Source: Methanoregula sp. (GTDB taxonomy: Archaea > Halobacteriota > Methanomicrobia > Methanomicrobiales > Methanospirillaceae). From it: a stretch of 64,000 nt of DNA. This document shows, one piece after another, positions 23,376 to 33,979 of this stretch (position 1 is its first letter; each line of letters starts with the position of its first letter). The position numbers and the translations under genes were made by a program. A model generated the notes under the pieces. The model had not been told where the DNA came from, did not search any database, and was given only the letters and a program-made list of their open reading frames with translations. The DNA lies in NCBI GenBank assembly GCA_039698055.1, contig JBDKTL010000021.1, forward strand, positions 66,837-130,836, in the 5' to 3' direction.

Positions 23376-24238
23376 CAGGCTCCCCCCCATGGGTGCCCGG
23401 CGGGACAATCATAATCAATACCGGTAATGGTATACTCCTCGCAGGCATGTTTACCATCGGGAAGAACCATGTCGGAAGTAATCTGCAGGGGAACCTGGTA
23501 TCCCCCGATATTTGTATATCCGAAATACCGTTGCCGGAAATGGCCGGATGCCCCGGTTCCCTGTTTCTGGAAATCCTCGGAATCTATCCCGATACTCTCG
23601 ATCTGGCCCCGGCTATCGAACCCAAAGAGCGCCCGGGCACTCAGATCGCCATCGTGAATCGTAGCCTTTGCTGTCGAGTCATCAACCGGTTCCCAGGTAA
23701 TTGAACCCGAAGAGGAAAGTGCGATGGGGAAGAAAGGAATGCTTGCAAGGTAGCGGAAAAGCGAGCCTGTTTTTATCCTGCTGCTGTGGGAATTATTGAG
23801 CGGCAAAACCGAAAACAGGTTGAGTTTTACTGCCGCGTCTCCATGGACATAGTAATCGAAGGCGTCTATCCAGATCATGGGAGCAAAGGCAATTTTTGCA
23901 TGCCAGGTAAATCCCGGCGTTGAACACGCGAAGATTGCCTCGCCTTTGGTTTTCATCCATCGTCCCTTTGCGCCGAACCGTGTTCTTCCCGTATAATGGA
24001 CACGTGCACAACCAGCCGGATGTGAATTCTTGCCAATGGCCCATGTCAGGTAGCGGGAGACCGGTCCGGGAACGGTGAGAGGTGGTGCGGCATTGGGAAA
24101 CCGGGCATAAAAAATGATCAGGTAAAGGTAGTGAATCTGTTCCCGGGCAAAAAGGGAAAAGATCTTGCCCCCGACGATGATAATAAAGAGAGAAATCGAA
24201 ATGAAGATAATTATCCCGGCAAGTGCCTCAGAAAGCAT
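23375..24238 (-). CDS. DUF6544/DUF6920-like membrane-anchored protein
   Basis: N-terminal TM; PGFTW, RYLASIPFFP, WEPVDDSTAKAT, GYQVP. Confidence 0.7.
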   Translation of the reverse strand: MLSEALAGIIIFISISLFIIIVGGKIFSLFAREQIHYLYLIIFYARFPNAAPPLTVPGPVSRYLTWAIGKNSHPAGCARVHYTGRTRFGAKGRWMKTKGEAIFACSTPGFTWHAKIAFAPMIWIDAFDYYVHGDAAVKLNLFSVLPLNNSHSSRIKTGSLFRYLASIPFFPIALSSSGSITWEPVDDSTAKATIHDGDLSARALFGFDSRGQIESIGIDSEDFQKQGTGASGHFRQRYFGYTNIGGYQVPLQITSDMVLPDGKHACEEYTITGIDYDCPAGHPWGGA

Positions 24239-25280
24239 CAGATCCCCCCGGTTTTCGCAGCCGGACATCAACCTGGCGGAACGGGATCTCGATGTTTTCT
24301 TCTGTAAATCTCTGGGCGATGCGGTCATTCATAAAGTCCTTCACGTCCCATGAATTATCGTAATTATTGGTCCAGAGGATGAGCTGCCCGTTGAGGCTCG
24401 ATTCACCGAATTCGAGAAAATACACCGCGGGTACGGGATCGGTCAGGACCCATGGGGTTTTTTCTGCGGCTTCGCGGGCGATCGAGAGCAGAAGTTCCTT
24501 GACCTTTTTCATGTTGGAACCGTAGGCAACCGAGAACGGGATCCTGACTTTCATCCGGACATCCGGCATTGCATAATTGATGATGATGCTTGTGGTGATT
24601 TTAGAATTGGGAACCGTGACAAACAGGTTATCCAGCGTTTTGATACGGGTGCTTCGCGGTCCGATGCTGATAACATCCCCAAAATGTGTGTCGATCTGTA
24701 CCCGGTCGCCGATCCGGAATGGCTTGTCAACGGCAATGATTGCTCCGCTGAAGAAATTGCCAAGAATGTCCTGTGCGGCAAGAGCAAGCGCAATGCCGGC
24801 GATACCTGCGCCTGCAAGGAGAGGAGTAATATCGATCTGAAATTCGGCAAGAATGAGAAGAAGCGCCACAAACCAGATCAGGTATTTTGCAATCGCCTCA
24901 AGGATTGGAATAAGCCGGTCGTCAAGATCGGTTTTTGTCTTTTCTGCGATGCTGTTGGCATACGTATGAATAAGATTATAAGAGAAAACCGAGGTAATCC
25001 AGGCGCCAAGGATAATAAATACCGCATTAATCAGGTGGTCAGTTATCAGCCAGGAAAGGTACGCAGGGACAATATCGTAACGGGTCAGGGCAATGTAGAT
25101 CGAAACAGCAATGATCGCGACGACCAGCGGTGTCCCGACTGCATTGAGGATAATATTATCAAGTTCGGTCTCAGTTTTGTCAGCTTTCTTTTTAAGCCAG
25201 ATAATTATTCCGTGAACCACGCCGGCGAGGATAAACCCGGCAACAATGGTAACAGCGGCGGAGAAGAAGCCGTTTTCCAT
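24228..25280 (-). CDS. mscS: Small-conductance mechanosensitive channel
   Basis: LAGAGIAGIALALAAQDILGNFFSG, DKPFRIGD, VPNS, FGESSL, IEIPF. Confidence 0.92.
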   Translation of the reverse strand: MENGFFSAAVTIVAGFILAGVVHGIIIWLKKKADKTETELDNIILNAVGTPLVVAIIAVSIYIALTRYDIVPAYLSWLITDHLINAVFIILGAWITSVFSYNLIHTYANSIAEKTKTDLDDRLIPILEAIAKYLIWFVALLLILAEFQIDITPLLAGAGIAGIALALAAQDILGNFFSGAIIAVDKPFRIGDRVQIDTHFGDVISIGPRSTRIKTLDNLFVTVPNSKITTSIIINYAMPDVRMKVRIPFSVAYGSNMKKVKELLLSIAREAAEKTPWVLTDPVPAVYFLEFGESSLNGQLILWTNNYDNSWDVKDFMNDRIAQRFTEENIEIPFRQVDVRLRKPGGSDAF

Positions 25281-25339
25281 TACGACACCTCCGCTGTCTG
25301 TACCAGCTCATTAAAGGAAATATTCATGCGTTTTACCTC

Positions 25340-26179
25340 TCACAATTTTTTATACCAGACGTTCATGCTCTCAAGATTCCCGCAGATGTTTGTATTATTG
25401 GCAAGCAGCCCGCCGTACTGGTAGCCGGCAGCGGCAAATAGTGTATTTATGGGACGGGATATCGCCCGGGCGATGGTATATGCCAGCAGGATTCCCTCGC
25501 CCTGCAAACATGTCTCCATCGCCCGGAGGAGATTACTGGCAAGACCATATCCCCGAAACCCCGGCCCGGTGGCAAAATCGGTCATCTCTGCATGGCCTTG
25601 CGCGGTATTGACCTCGCAGGAAGCAACTGCCGCCAACTGACGGCCGGGTGCCCGGACGATGAAATACCGGATCGAACCCCGCATGGTCTCCCGGATATAT
25701 TCCGGATCAAAGACCGGGAACGGGTACGTTTTAAAAACAGCACGGTACAGAGCAGTTATCTCCTCTGCATCCCGGTCCTTTGCAGGTTCCAGGAAATACC
25801 CGTCCGGCAGCACAGCGTGCGATGCCATGCTGGCATTGATTAAAGATGCCGACAGGACATCTGCAAGAATGGTTGAATCATGGATAATGGACCGGTCGGG
25901 TTTGCCATACTTTACCATAAATATTGCAGGCTCTTTACCCCGGAAAAAGAAAGGGACCGTCGCTTCTGGAACATACCCGTTATCGAGAAACTGGTCAACC
26001 GATGATGCCGGTACCTTGACAAAAATTTTGGAATATCCTTCCTGTAAACAGAGGTCATCGGCAAACCGGATAATATCCGGGATGTCGTTTGGGGCAAGTT
26101 TCATCACGTAGACCCGGTTGTTGTGATGGCCGTGCTGGATTACGCTGTTTCCCCGGTGCAGCACACCATCAGTCTGCAT
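25340..26179 (-). CDS. ablB: Beta-lysine N-acetyltransferase
   Basis: [42 protein letters not shown]; overlaps ablA stop. Confidence 0.9.
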   Translation of the reverse strand: MQTDGVLHRGNSVIQHGHHNNRVYVMKLAPNDIPDIIRFADDLCLQEGYSKIFVKVPASSVDQFLDNGYVPEATVPFFFRGKEPAIFMVKYGKPDRSIIHDSTILADVLSASLINASMASHAVLPDGYFLEPAKDRDAEEITALYRAVFKTYPFPVFDPEYIRETMRGSIRYFIVRAPGRQLAAVASCEVNTAQGHAEMTDFATGPGFRGYGLASNLLRAMETCLQGEGILLAYTIARAISRPINTLFAAAGYQYGGLLANNTNICGNLESMNVWYKKL

Positions 26180-27629
26180 TATCCTGCCTCCGTTCGATCC
26201 GGTCGTTGTTCTCCGGGGTGAGGGTGGTGGTTGTATCATAATCGGAGAGCAGTTTTGCCACGCCGACAACTTTTGATTCGTCAGCCCGGCTGGTGTTCAG
26301 CTGCAGCTTGCATGCGGCACAGTCACCGTTGCAGAATATCCGTTCATAGTGGGCCGGTTCCTGGTACGTGCAGATGACCCCTTCGTAATTCCGGAGCACG
26401 ACCTTGTGGACAGACCATGTCAGCAGGTAATTGGGAAACACAGGAATTTTCCCGCCACCGCCCGGTGCATCGATCACGTACCGGGGAACGGCAAAACCGC
26501 TGGTATGCCCGATCAGGTTCTCCATGATCTCGATGCCTTTGGATACCGGTGTCCGAAAATGGCTGATGCCTTCGGACAGGTCGCACTGGTAGAGGTAGTA
26601 AGGGCGGATACGGTTCATGACAAGCTGGTGGACGAGTTCTTTCATAATCCGCGGGCAGTCGTTGATCCCGGCCAGCAGTACCGACTGGTTCCCCAGCGGA
26701 ATACCGGCATCGGCAAGTTTAGCAATTGCCGCCCGGGCGGATACGGTCATCTCCTTTGGATGGTTGAACTGCGTATTGACCCATACCGGATGATGCTTTT
26801 TTAAGACGGCGACAAGATCGTCTGTAACCCGAAACGGCAGGACGACCGGTACCCGGCTCCCGATCCGTATAACTTCCACGTGCGGGATGGCACGGATTTC
26901 AGTCAGGATCCAGTCAAGGTAATCGTCGCTGAGCATGAACGGGTCTCCCCCGGAGAGGAGGACATCCCGGACCTGCGGGTTGTTCCGGATATATTCAATG
27001 CCTTCGAGGATTTTTTCCCGGTCCGGTATCGAGTCCACGTCGCCGACTTTGCGTTTCCGGGTGCAGTGCCGGCAGTACATCGCACAGGTATTGCTGACAA
27101 GGAAAAGGACCCGGTCCGGATACCGGTGGGTGATGCAGTCGCACGGGCTGTCTTTATCTTCGGCGAGCGGGTCGGCAAGTTCGTAATTTTCGACAATCAG
27201 TTCCTGCGGCGAGGGGAACGCCTGTTTGAAAATGGGATCGTTCTGGTAATCGTTCACATCGATGAGGGAGAGGTAATACGGGGTTATGCTGAGCGGGAAC
27301 TTGTCGATCGTTTTCTGGATCTGCTCCCGGTTTTCCAGGGAAAAGGTAATTCCAAGTACCTGCTGGAACGTGTCGAGATCCCGGATGGTATGACGGATCT
27401 GCCAGCGCCAGTCCTTCCAGTAATCCGGGGTATTTTCCGGCACCCGGATCTGCCGGATCATGCCGGGGTCCCCGGACTGTTCCGCACCGTAATAATGTCC
27501 CTTCAGGAGAGAGACAATATCCCTGACAGAATTTTTAACCTGCCCGCTCAGGTTTTCAAATGACAGGGCACCATCGCCGGAAATTGAGGACTGCCGGGCT
27601 CCTTTGAGGGTAGCCGGTTTTTTTATCAT
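26169..27629 (-). CDS. ablA: Lysine 2,3-aminomutase
   Basis: [46 protein letters not shown]-terminal Cys cluster. Confidence 0.95.
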   Translation of the reverse strand: MIKKPATLKGARQSSISGDGALSFENLSGQVKNSVRDIVSLLKGHYYGAEQSGDPGMIRQIRVPENTPDYWKDWRWQIRHTIRDLDTFQQVLGITFSLENREQIQKTIDKFPLSITPYYLSLIDVNDYQNDPIFKQAFPSPQELIVENYELADPLAEDKDSPCDCITHRYPDRVLFLVSNTCAMYCRHCTRKRKVGDVDSIPDREKILEGIEYIRNNPQVRDVLLSGGDPFMLSDDYLDWILTEIRAIPHVEVIRIGSRVPVVLPFRVTDDLVAVLKKHHPVWVNTQFNHPKEMTVSARAAIAKLADAGIPLGNQSVLLAGINDCPRIMKELVHQLVMNRIRPYYLYQCDLSEGISHFRTPVSKGIEIMENLIGHTSGFAVPRYVIDAPGGGGKIPVFPNYLLTWSVHKVVLRNYEGVICTYQEPAHYERIFCNGDCAACKLQLNTSRADESKVVGVAKLLSDYDTTTTLTPENNDRIERRQDNAD

Positions 27630-27643
27630 ATAAATGCACCCCC

Positions 27644-28768
27644 TTAGAACAGCCACATCTTTTTTGGCTCGAAATCGGTCAGGGCATGACGGTAATCGTC
27701 AAACCAGCGGGCATCCGGATTACTGCGGAATACCATGAACTTCCCGATATTTGCAGCATCGGCTGCCTGGTGATACCGCATAAATACGTGTTTTGCGGTC
27801 TTTCCCACGACTTCAATCTTCCCGGTTGCATGCGACATGACAAACCGGGCGCGTTTTGCTACACCCGAACATTTCTGCCAGGCGGTCTGGATCATCTGGT
27901 ACGACTGTTCCACCGGTACCTGGAAGAACCGGTTGCCGGTCGATGGCCGGCACTGGAACACGTAATACGGGGAGATGCCGGAAAATGAGAGGCTCTTAAA
28001 GAGATGAGTGAGCACGTCCGGATCGCTGTTGACACCCTGAAGGATCGGTGTCTGGCTGACGACAGTAACACCGTTTTTCTGCAACTGTTCTGCTGCACGG
28101 ATCGAGACATCCGAGAGTTCCCGGGGATGGTTGAAATGCGCCATCAGGTATACCCGCTTTTCCGGGGTGCTGTATCGCGAGAACATCGAACAGAGATTTG
28201 GATCATCAAGTATCCGGTGCGGGTTGTAGGCGAGCATTTTGCTGCCGATCCGGATCACATTGACATGACTGATCTCGCGAAGTTCCTTTAACGTCTCCTC
28301 GAGTTTGCGGGTTTCAAGGGTCAGCGGGTCGCCGCCGGTCAAGAGAACGTTGGTAATTTCCTTATGTTCGCGGATATACTCAAGCCCGCAGGAAATATCC
28401 TTGACGGTTTCACGCTCCTTGTTCATAAAGAGCCGTTTGCGGAAACAGAAACGGCAGATGCCACCGCAGACATCGGACATCATCAAAAGCGCAGTCTGGT
28501 CGTACTTGTGCTGGAGCCCGGGCTGCCGGGTAAAATCTTTCTCGCGTGACGGGTCAAACGATCCCTGCCCGTCTAATTCACGGAGGTCCGGGATCACGAT
28601 TTTACGGATCGGGTCATCCCGGTCTTTCCAGTCAATGAGAGAAAGGTAATACTCGTTTGCCCGGAAGGGGAATTTCTCACAGACTTTTTCCATGTCATTG
28701 CGTTCACGGGGAGTGAAACCAACGAGATTATCAAGTTCGTCAATAGTACTCAGGTATTTCGTATGCAT
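27644..28768 (-). CDS. KamA family radical SAM aminomutase paralog
   Basis: [41 protein letters not shown]. Confidence 0.88.
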   Translation of the reverse strand: MHTKYLSTIDELDNLVGFTPRERNDMEKVCEKFPFRANEYYLSLIDWKDRDDPIRKIVIPDLRELDGQGSFDPSREKDFTRQPGLQHKYDQTALLMMSDVCGGICRFCFRKRLFMNKERETVKDISCGLEYIREHKEITNVLLTGGDPLTLETRKLEETLKELREISHVNVIRIGSKMLAYNPHRILDDPNLCSMFSRYSTPEKRVYLMAHFNHPRELSDVSIRAAEQLQKNGVTVVSQTPILQGVNSDPDVLTHLFKSLSFSGISPYYVFQCRPSTGNRFFQVPVEQSYQMIQTAWQKCSGVAKRARFVMSHATGKIEVVGKTAKHVFMRYHQAADAANIGKFMVFRSNPDARWFDDYRHALTDFEPKKMWLF

Positions 28769-29259
28769 CGTCAAACCTCACTTTTTCTTAAGGATTTTCC
28801 CTGATTTTACAAGCAGGGCTCAGTGGCACGCAAAAACTACAGATTACCAGTAAAGGATACAGATTGTATGAGTGGCGCCACTTAAGTAAAACCTATTTTG
28901 ACCCGAGTGTATAAAACCTTTCCGGGAACAGCGAGTGCAAAGCTTTCCGAATGCGAAACAGACAATGCAAAATAGCCCGATTGAGAGCAATTGAAGACAG
29001 ATCAATGGAGTATGGGCAAATGTGCCGCCTGTTATCCATTTTTTCAAGAATTCGTCATCATTTTGGTGTTCTTCGTGATTGTGGCGTTCAGAATACCGGG
29101 GGTGAAGTGCTTTTTATCGTACGGTATTACCGGCTGACCCCGCAGACGGATGACGGCAGTTAATTTCACATGCACTGCCAGAAAAAATAAATTTTTAGCT
29201 GGTTTGTATCCCGGACAGAACCGGAAAAGGTTTTTGTGATGTGAATAAAATTATCTTTG

Positions 29260-30465
29260 ATGGACAGTCTCTTTACCACACCGGAATTCCAGATGAGCCT
29301 GCTCCTTTTTGTTGCTCTCGCCGGTTACCTTATTGCTTCACGGATCAACCAGTCCGCGGTCATCGGGTTAATCCTTGTCGGGATCGTCGTCGGGCCCAGT
29401 TTTCTTGGGTGGATCGGGTATACCGATTTTGTCCGCAGCCTCGCACATCTCGGGGCGGTCGTCCTGCTCTTTGTGATCGGTCTTGAATTTAAAATCAAAG
29501 ATATTCTCTCGATGCGAAACGGCATTATCGCTGCCATCGGTGTGATTGTTCCGTGGATTGGCGGTTACGGTATTTCAGTCCTCTTTGGGTACGACACAGC
29601 TGGTGCGATCTTTATCGGCACCGCACTAACCGCCACGAGCATTGCGATAACGGCAAATGTGCTCAAGGAGATGGGCGAACTCCAGAGCGATGCGGCAAAA
29701 GCGATCATCGGGGCGGCGGTCATTGACGATGTGCTGAGCCTTCTTGCACTTGCAATCACCAGTGATGTCGTCACGGGTTCATTGTCAATTTCCGGGATTG
29801 CTTTTGTTGCCGTAAAAGCAATTGCATTCATCATTATTGCCGGGGCAATCGGACTCCTTGTTGTCAGCAGGTTTCTCGAACACATTGATACCCTGTCATT
29901 CTGTGAAAAATACCCGGAATTTATTTTTATCTTCGCGATGATGATCGCATTTTTGTATGCGATGATTGCCGAAGCGGTGGGACTCTCGGCGATTGTCGGG
30001 GCATTTATCGCGGGTGTATCGGTTGAAGGAGTTGTGCTGACCCAGAGCAGGAGTCTTAAGGAAGGGGCGGAATATCTCCAGATCATTTTTGCTTCGATCT
30101 TTTTTGTTTCCCTTGGTATCATCGCGGACTTGCGGGCGGTTACACCGGATATTCTCCTGTTCATCATTGTGCTGACGGTTGTTGCGATCATCACAAAAGT
30201 GGTGGGGTGCGGGCTGCCTGCACGACTCGCTGGCATGAGCTGGCGTGATTCGCTCATCGTGGGTTTTGGCATGGCACCCAGAGGAGAAGTTGCGATGATT
30301 GTCGCGCTTATCGGGCTTGAAGCCGGTATCATCGGGCAGGGAATTTATGTTGCGCTTGTACTTATGAGCGTCCTTACCACGATCTTCACACCGCTCATCT
30401 ACCGGAACTGGTTTTTCCGCAACAGCGATTGCCAGGTAAATGGCGAACAGGTGCCGGAGGCATGA
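29260..30465 (+). CDS. Cation:proton antiporter (CPA2)
   Basis: LLFVIGLE, TATSIAIT, AAVIDD, PRGEV. Confidence 0.9.
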   Translation: MDSLFTTPEFQMSLLLFVALAGYLIASRINQSAVIGLILVGIVVGPSFLGWIGYTDFVRSLAHLGAVVLLFVIGLEFKIKDILSMRNGIIAAIGVIVPWIGGYGISVLFGYDTAGAIFIGTALTATSIAITANVLKEMGELQSDAAKAIIGAAVIDDVLSLLALAITSDVVTGSLSISGIAFVAVKAIAFIIIAGAIGLLVVSRFLEHIDTLSFCEKYPEFIFIFAMMIAFLYAMIAEAVGLSAIVGAFIAGVSVEGVVLTQSRSLKEGAEYLQIIFASIFFVSLGIIADLRAVTPDILLFIIVLTVVAIITKVVGCGLPARLAGMSWRDSLIVGFGMAPRGEVAMIVALIGLEAGIIGQGIYVALVLMSVLTTIFTPLIYRNWFFRNSDCQVNGEQVPEA

Positions 30466-30596
30466 AGGGGGGAAAAGATCCGGAGACCTGAAATATCCTG
30501 TCGGATTTTTTTTTAAGAGATCCGACAGGGGACTACCGGGCGGGCGTTTTAAAAAAAATAAGAAAATTTCTCACGAAAATATTTTTTTATCGTTGT

Positions 30597-30932
30597 TTAT
30601 TCCCGGATCATTGTCAGCACCATCTTGAACCGCTGGTGTGCAAACACCGCGTGCGGTTTGTTTGCCGGGAGGATGATCATCTCACCGGTTCTGACGGTGA
30701 ACGGTTTTTTGGCAACCTGCACTTCCGCTTCGCCTTCCGTGACGGTGAGGATCGCATCGTAGGGAGCGCTGTGCTCGGAGAGCCCTTCTCCTGCATCAAA
30801 AGAAAAGATGGTGATCGTGCCTGCTTTTTCAAACACGATCATGCGGCTTGCAACGGTCCCGGGCTGGTACGCGATGAGATCGTTTACCGCCAGCACTTTT
30901 TCCTTTAAATCTTCACGGTTGTTTTCCGGCAT
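30597..30932 (-). CDS. Cupin domain protein
   Basis: FSFDAGEGLSEH...EGEA...PANKPHAV. Confidence 0.88.
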   Translation of the reverse strand: MPENNREDLKEKVLAVNDLIAYQPGTVASRMIVFEKAGTITIFSFDAGEGLSEHSAPYDAILTVTEGEAEVQVAKKPFTVRTGEMIILPANKPHAVFAHQRFKMVLTMIRE

Positions 30933-31123
30933 GTCAATCAGTCACACTTGCCCGTGATATGCCTAATTTCTTCCGGTGTGTTGCGATATGGACAAATGTT
31001 ATCGTCCACAACGGCGAGCAAATCGCCTTTGCTATGCAGCATCCTGACGGTAATGTATAAAGATTTTTTCCGGGGAAAAATTCCGGCATTTAATTAATTT
31101 TAATTTTCTTCCCGGCCCCGCAT

Positions 31124-32356
31124 TTACCCCATCCCCAAAAACACCCAGTACACCAGAACCTGCACAACGGTCAGCGGGACACCCACCCGGGCAAACTCAA
31201 AAAAAGTCAGTGTCTGGCCTTGTTTTTCTGCGTTCTGGACAATAATCACGTTGCTTGCAGCCCCAAGTATCGTGAGGTTGCCCGCTATGGTGCTGCCGGC
31301 AGCAAGTGCCATCATCTGCGAGGGTGTTCCTCCCGCCTGCATGATCATCGGCAGGAACAGGGCGACAAAAGGAACATTGGATATGAACTGGCTGACGACA
31401 ACACTTGTCGCAAGAAGTGCCGGAACTGAAGTGACGCTGCCCGACGATACGAGTGCCTGGAAAAATCCTGACTGCCAGACGCTTTCCATCAGGACAAACA
31501 GGGCGGCAAAAAAAACGAGCGTACACCAGTCGATCGTTTTTATCATTTCAACCCGGCGGGGCGAGAACAGGATGATGGGGGCAGTGGCGCATAACGCGAT
31601 GAACGGCAGCGGGATGATAATGACACCGGTCATGAGCGATGCGGCGATATTTGCACCGGCAAGAACGATAATGATAAGGATGGAGCATTGCGCAAGCCGG
31701 GCGAGCGGCTCATCGTGGGGCGCACCGCCGTCCTGCACAAATGTCCGCGACGAAAATTCATCCCGGTAGAAAAAACGGAGGACCAGGTACGCGATGCCAA
31801 GGCATACCAGTGTCGGCACGAACAGGTAGGCGATAAACATCACGAAAGGGGAGGCCATCCCGCTGTTCACAGCGATAATGAGGTTCTGCGGGTTGCCGAT
31901 CGGGCTCATGACGCTGCCGGTGGTGATCGCTATCGCAAGCGTCAGGAGCAGGAGTTTTGGTGAAATCTTTGACCGGGAGGCAATGCCCAGCACAAGCGGG
32001 GTTCCGATGATTGCAAGGGTATCGTTCATCAGCAGCGCCGAGAGTATTCCCATGCCAAAAAGAATGGCAAGAACGAGCTGATCGGTGTTTTTTGTCCGGC
32101 CGAAAACCCGGCTCGCGATCGAGAAGAGCCAGCCGCTTGCGACCAGTGCCTGCCCGACGATAAACATGCCAAATAAAAAAAGCATGACATCAGGATTTAT
32201 CGCGAGCAGGGCGTCCCACGGAGTGATCTGACCGGCGACAATGACAGCAACCGCTCCCCCAAGCATGATCTGCCATATCTTAAGGTTGAACCGCCCGACC
32301 TGCCGCACGGCAATCAGGAGAAAGACAACAGCCAGGATGATGACGGAAAAATACGT
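31124..32356 (-). CDS. ArsB/NhaD/CitMHS-type anion permease; start uncertain (ACG 32356 or GTG 32308)
   Basis: SALLMND, SPIGNPQN, SQFISNVP, GNLTILGAASN. Confidence 0.82.
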   Translation of the reverse strand, partial: TYFSVIILAVVFLLIAVRQVGRFNLKIWQIMLGGAVAVIVAGQITPWDALLAINPDVMLFLFGMFIVGQALVASGWLFSIASRVFGRTKNTDQLVLAILFGMGILSALLMNDTLAIIGTPLVLGIASRSKISPKLLLLTLAIAITTGSVMSPIGNPQNLIIAVNSGMASPFVMFIAYLFVPTLVCLGIAYLVLRFFYRDEFSSRTFVQDGGAPHDEPLARLAQCSILIIIVLAGANIAASLMTGVIIIPLPFIALCATAPIILFSPRRVEMIKTIDWCTLVFFAALFVLMESVWQSGFFQALVSSGSVTSVPALLATSVVVSQFISNVPFVALFLPMIMQAGGTPSQMMALAAGSTIAGNLTILGAASNVIIVQNAEKQGQTLTFFEFARVGVPLTVVQVLVYWVFLGMG

Positions 32357-32509
32357 AGATTATTATGTTGAATGCCGGGTGATGAGTATTGCGATTGACG
32401 AGTACTCCCTGCAAGGAGTTCCTTGCACCCTGCCGACTGGCACCCCCACGGGCAGAATAACGTAAAAAAAATAGAAATTGACAAATACTTCTCAAATAAA
32501 TTCAATGAC

Positions 32510-32995
32510 ATGAACAAAAACGTCTTTTTCGGCTCATGCCTGGTTCTCGCTGCAGTACTCTTCATTGCCGGATGTACCAGTTCTGCACCTCAGGCAGCAG
32601 CCACACCGGTTCCCACGCCCATTGGTACTATGGCAGTGTCCACGACTCCCCTTCCGGCCGCATCAGGAGGGGGCTCCACCGAGCCCGGGCCAACGCAGAC
32701 TGTCCCTCTGGCAACAGCTGTCTCGATCAGTGTAGAGAAAGCCGGTACCTATTCAACGACCATCATCACCCATTTCGATGGCGGCAAGGGTATGGGCCTT
32801 GTCCATAAAATTGATGTCCGCGTCACCCACCCGGATGGCTCGGTGGTAACCGGCACAATGAAAAATCAAAATGGCGAGAGCCTTGAACTCCCGGGAACAA
32901 ACGGTACCGATCGTGTCGAAGTCATCGTCACCATGATGTCCGGTGACGTCTACAAAGTAATCGACCAGTCGATGCCCTTCAAGACCCGGGCATAA
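32510..32995 (+). CDS. Lipoprotein with Pro/Thr-rich linker, unknown function
   Basis: MNKNVFFGSCLVLAAVLFIAGC lipobox, PT-rich spacer, beta-rich C-terminal domain. Confidence 0.75.
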   Translation: MNKNVFFGSCLVLAAVLFIAGCTSSAPQAAATPVPTPIGTMAVSTTPLPAASGGGSTEPGPTQTVPLATAVSISVEKAGTYSTTIITHFDGGKGMGLVHKIDVRVTHPDGSVVTGTMKNQNGESLELPGTNGTDRVEVIVTMMSGDVYKVIDQSMPFKTRA

Positions 32996-33115
32996 CCGGG
33001 ATAAACCCTTTTTTACATAAAAAAACCGGAAACGATTTCCTGGTACAGTATTTACGAATGACCGCCAGACAGGTGAGGAAGTTACTATCGGATACAGGTG
33101 AACAGGGAAATGGCG

Positions 33116-33802
33116 TTATGCCCCTTCCCGTTCCACCATCCAGTGGAGCAGCATTCCCTTCTCAATCCTCCGGGCTTCCGTTAACGTGAGCCGCGTAAAC
33201 TCCGCCTCGTTTATAAAACCTGCACCATCGACGAGCGTCGGTGCGTCTTTGCCCCCGATAATAACATTTCCCACAAACGTGTAAATCTCATCGACCAGCC
33301 CGGCGTTTACCAGCCCGGCAATCAGCGTTCCTCCCCCTTCAACCATACAGCGCGAAATGCCCATGTCCCCAAGCTCGTCAAGAAGCCGGGTAAGATCCAC
33401 TGCATCTTCACCGGCAACAATGACCGTAGCGATCTTTTCGAGCTGATCGATTTTTTTCCGGCTCGCCCGGGATGATACGGCGACGATACGCCTCCCGGAT
33501 CCTTTATTGAGAATCGCTGCTGTCAGCGGTATCCGGGCACGGCTGTCAACGATCACCCGTACCGGATGTTCATCATCTCCCCGCTGTAATCGTCGTTCGC
33601 GGCAGATCTCTTCTTTTACGGTTAAGGAAGGATCATCTGCCAGCACCGTTCCAATGCCGACCATGACTGCATCGCTTGACGCCTTGAGCCGATCGACGCG
33701 GGTGAAATCCTGTGCGCCGGAGATCTTCACCTGCCTGCGCTCACACGTGGAGAGCTTGCCGTCAGCACTCATGGCGACATTGACAATGACATGGGGGCGC
33801 AT
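33116..33802 (-). CDS. arfC: 2,5-diamino-6-(ribosylamino)-4(3H)-pyrimidinone 5'-phosphate reductase
   Basis: AMSADGK, VGIGTVLADDPSL, RVIVDS, VEGGGTL; stand-alone archaeal RibD C-terminal domain. Confidence 0.88.
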   Translation of the reverse strand: MRPHVIVNVAMSADGKLSTCERRQVKISGAQDFTRVDRLKASSDAVMVGIGTVLADDPSLTVKEEICRERRLQRGDDEHPVRVIVDSRARIPLTAAILNKGSGRRIVAVSSRASRKKIDQLEKIATVIVAGEDAVDLTRLLDELGDMGISRCMVEGGGTLIAGLVNAGLVDEIYTFVGNVIIGGKDAPTLVDGAGFINEAEFTRLTLTEARRIEKGMLLHWMVEREGA

Positions 33803-33979
33803 TACCAAAGATTAACCGGCTTCCTTTTTATAGCACACTCCCATGTGAGGAAAACCGTTTGCAGATGCCTGAGATATACTGCCCCGGACAGCACTATTCA
33901 GGAGTCCGGAGAAACAGACGGGATTTGCCGTCGAAAAGAAGCGACAATTATTAAATAACAATACATGCATATGGCGTGA

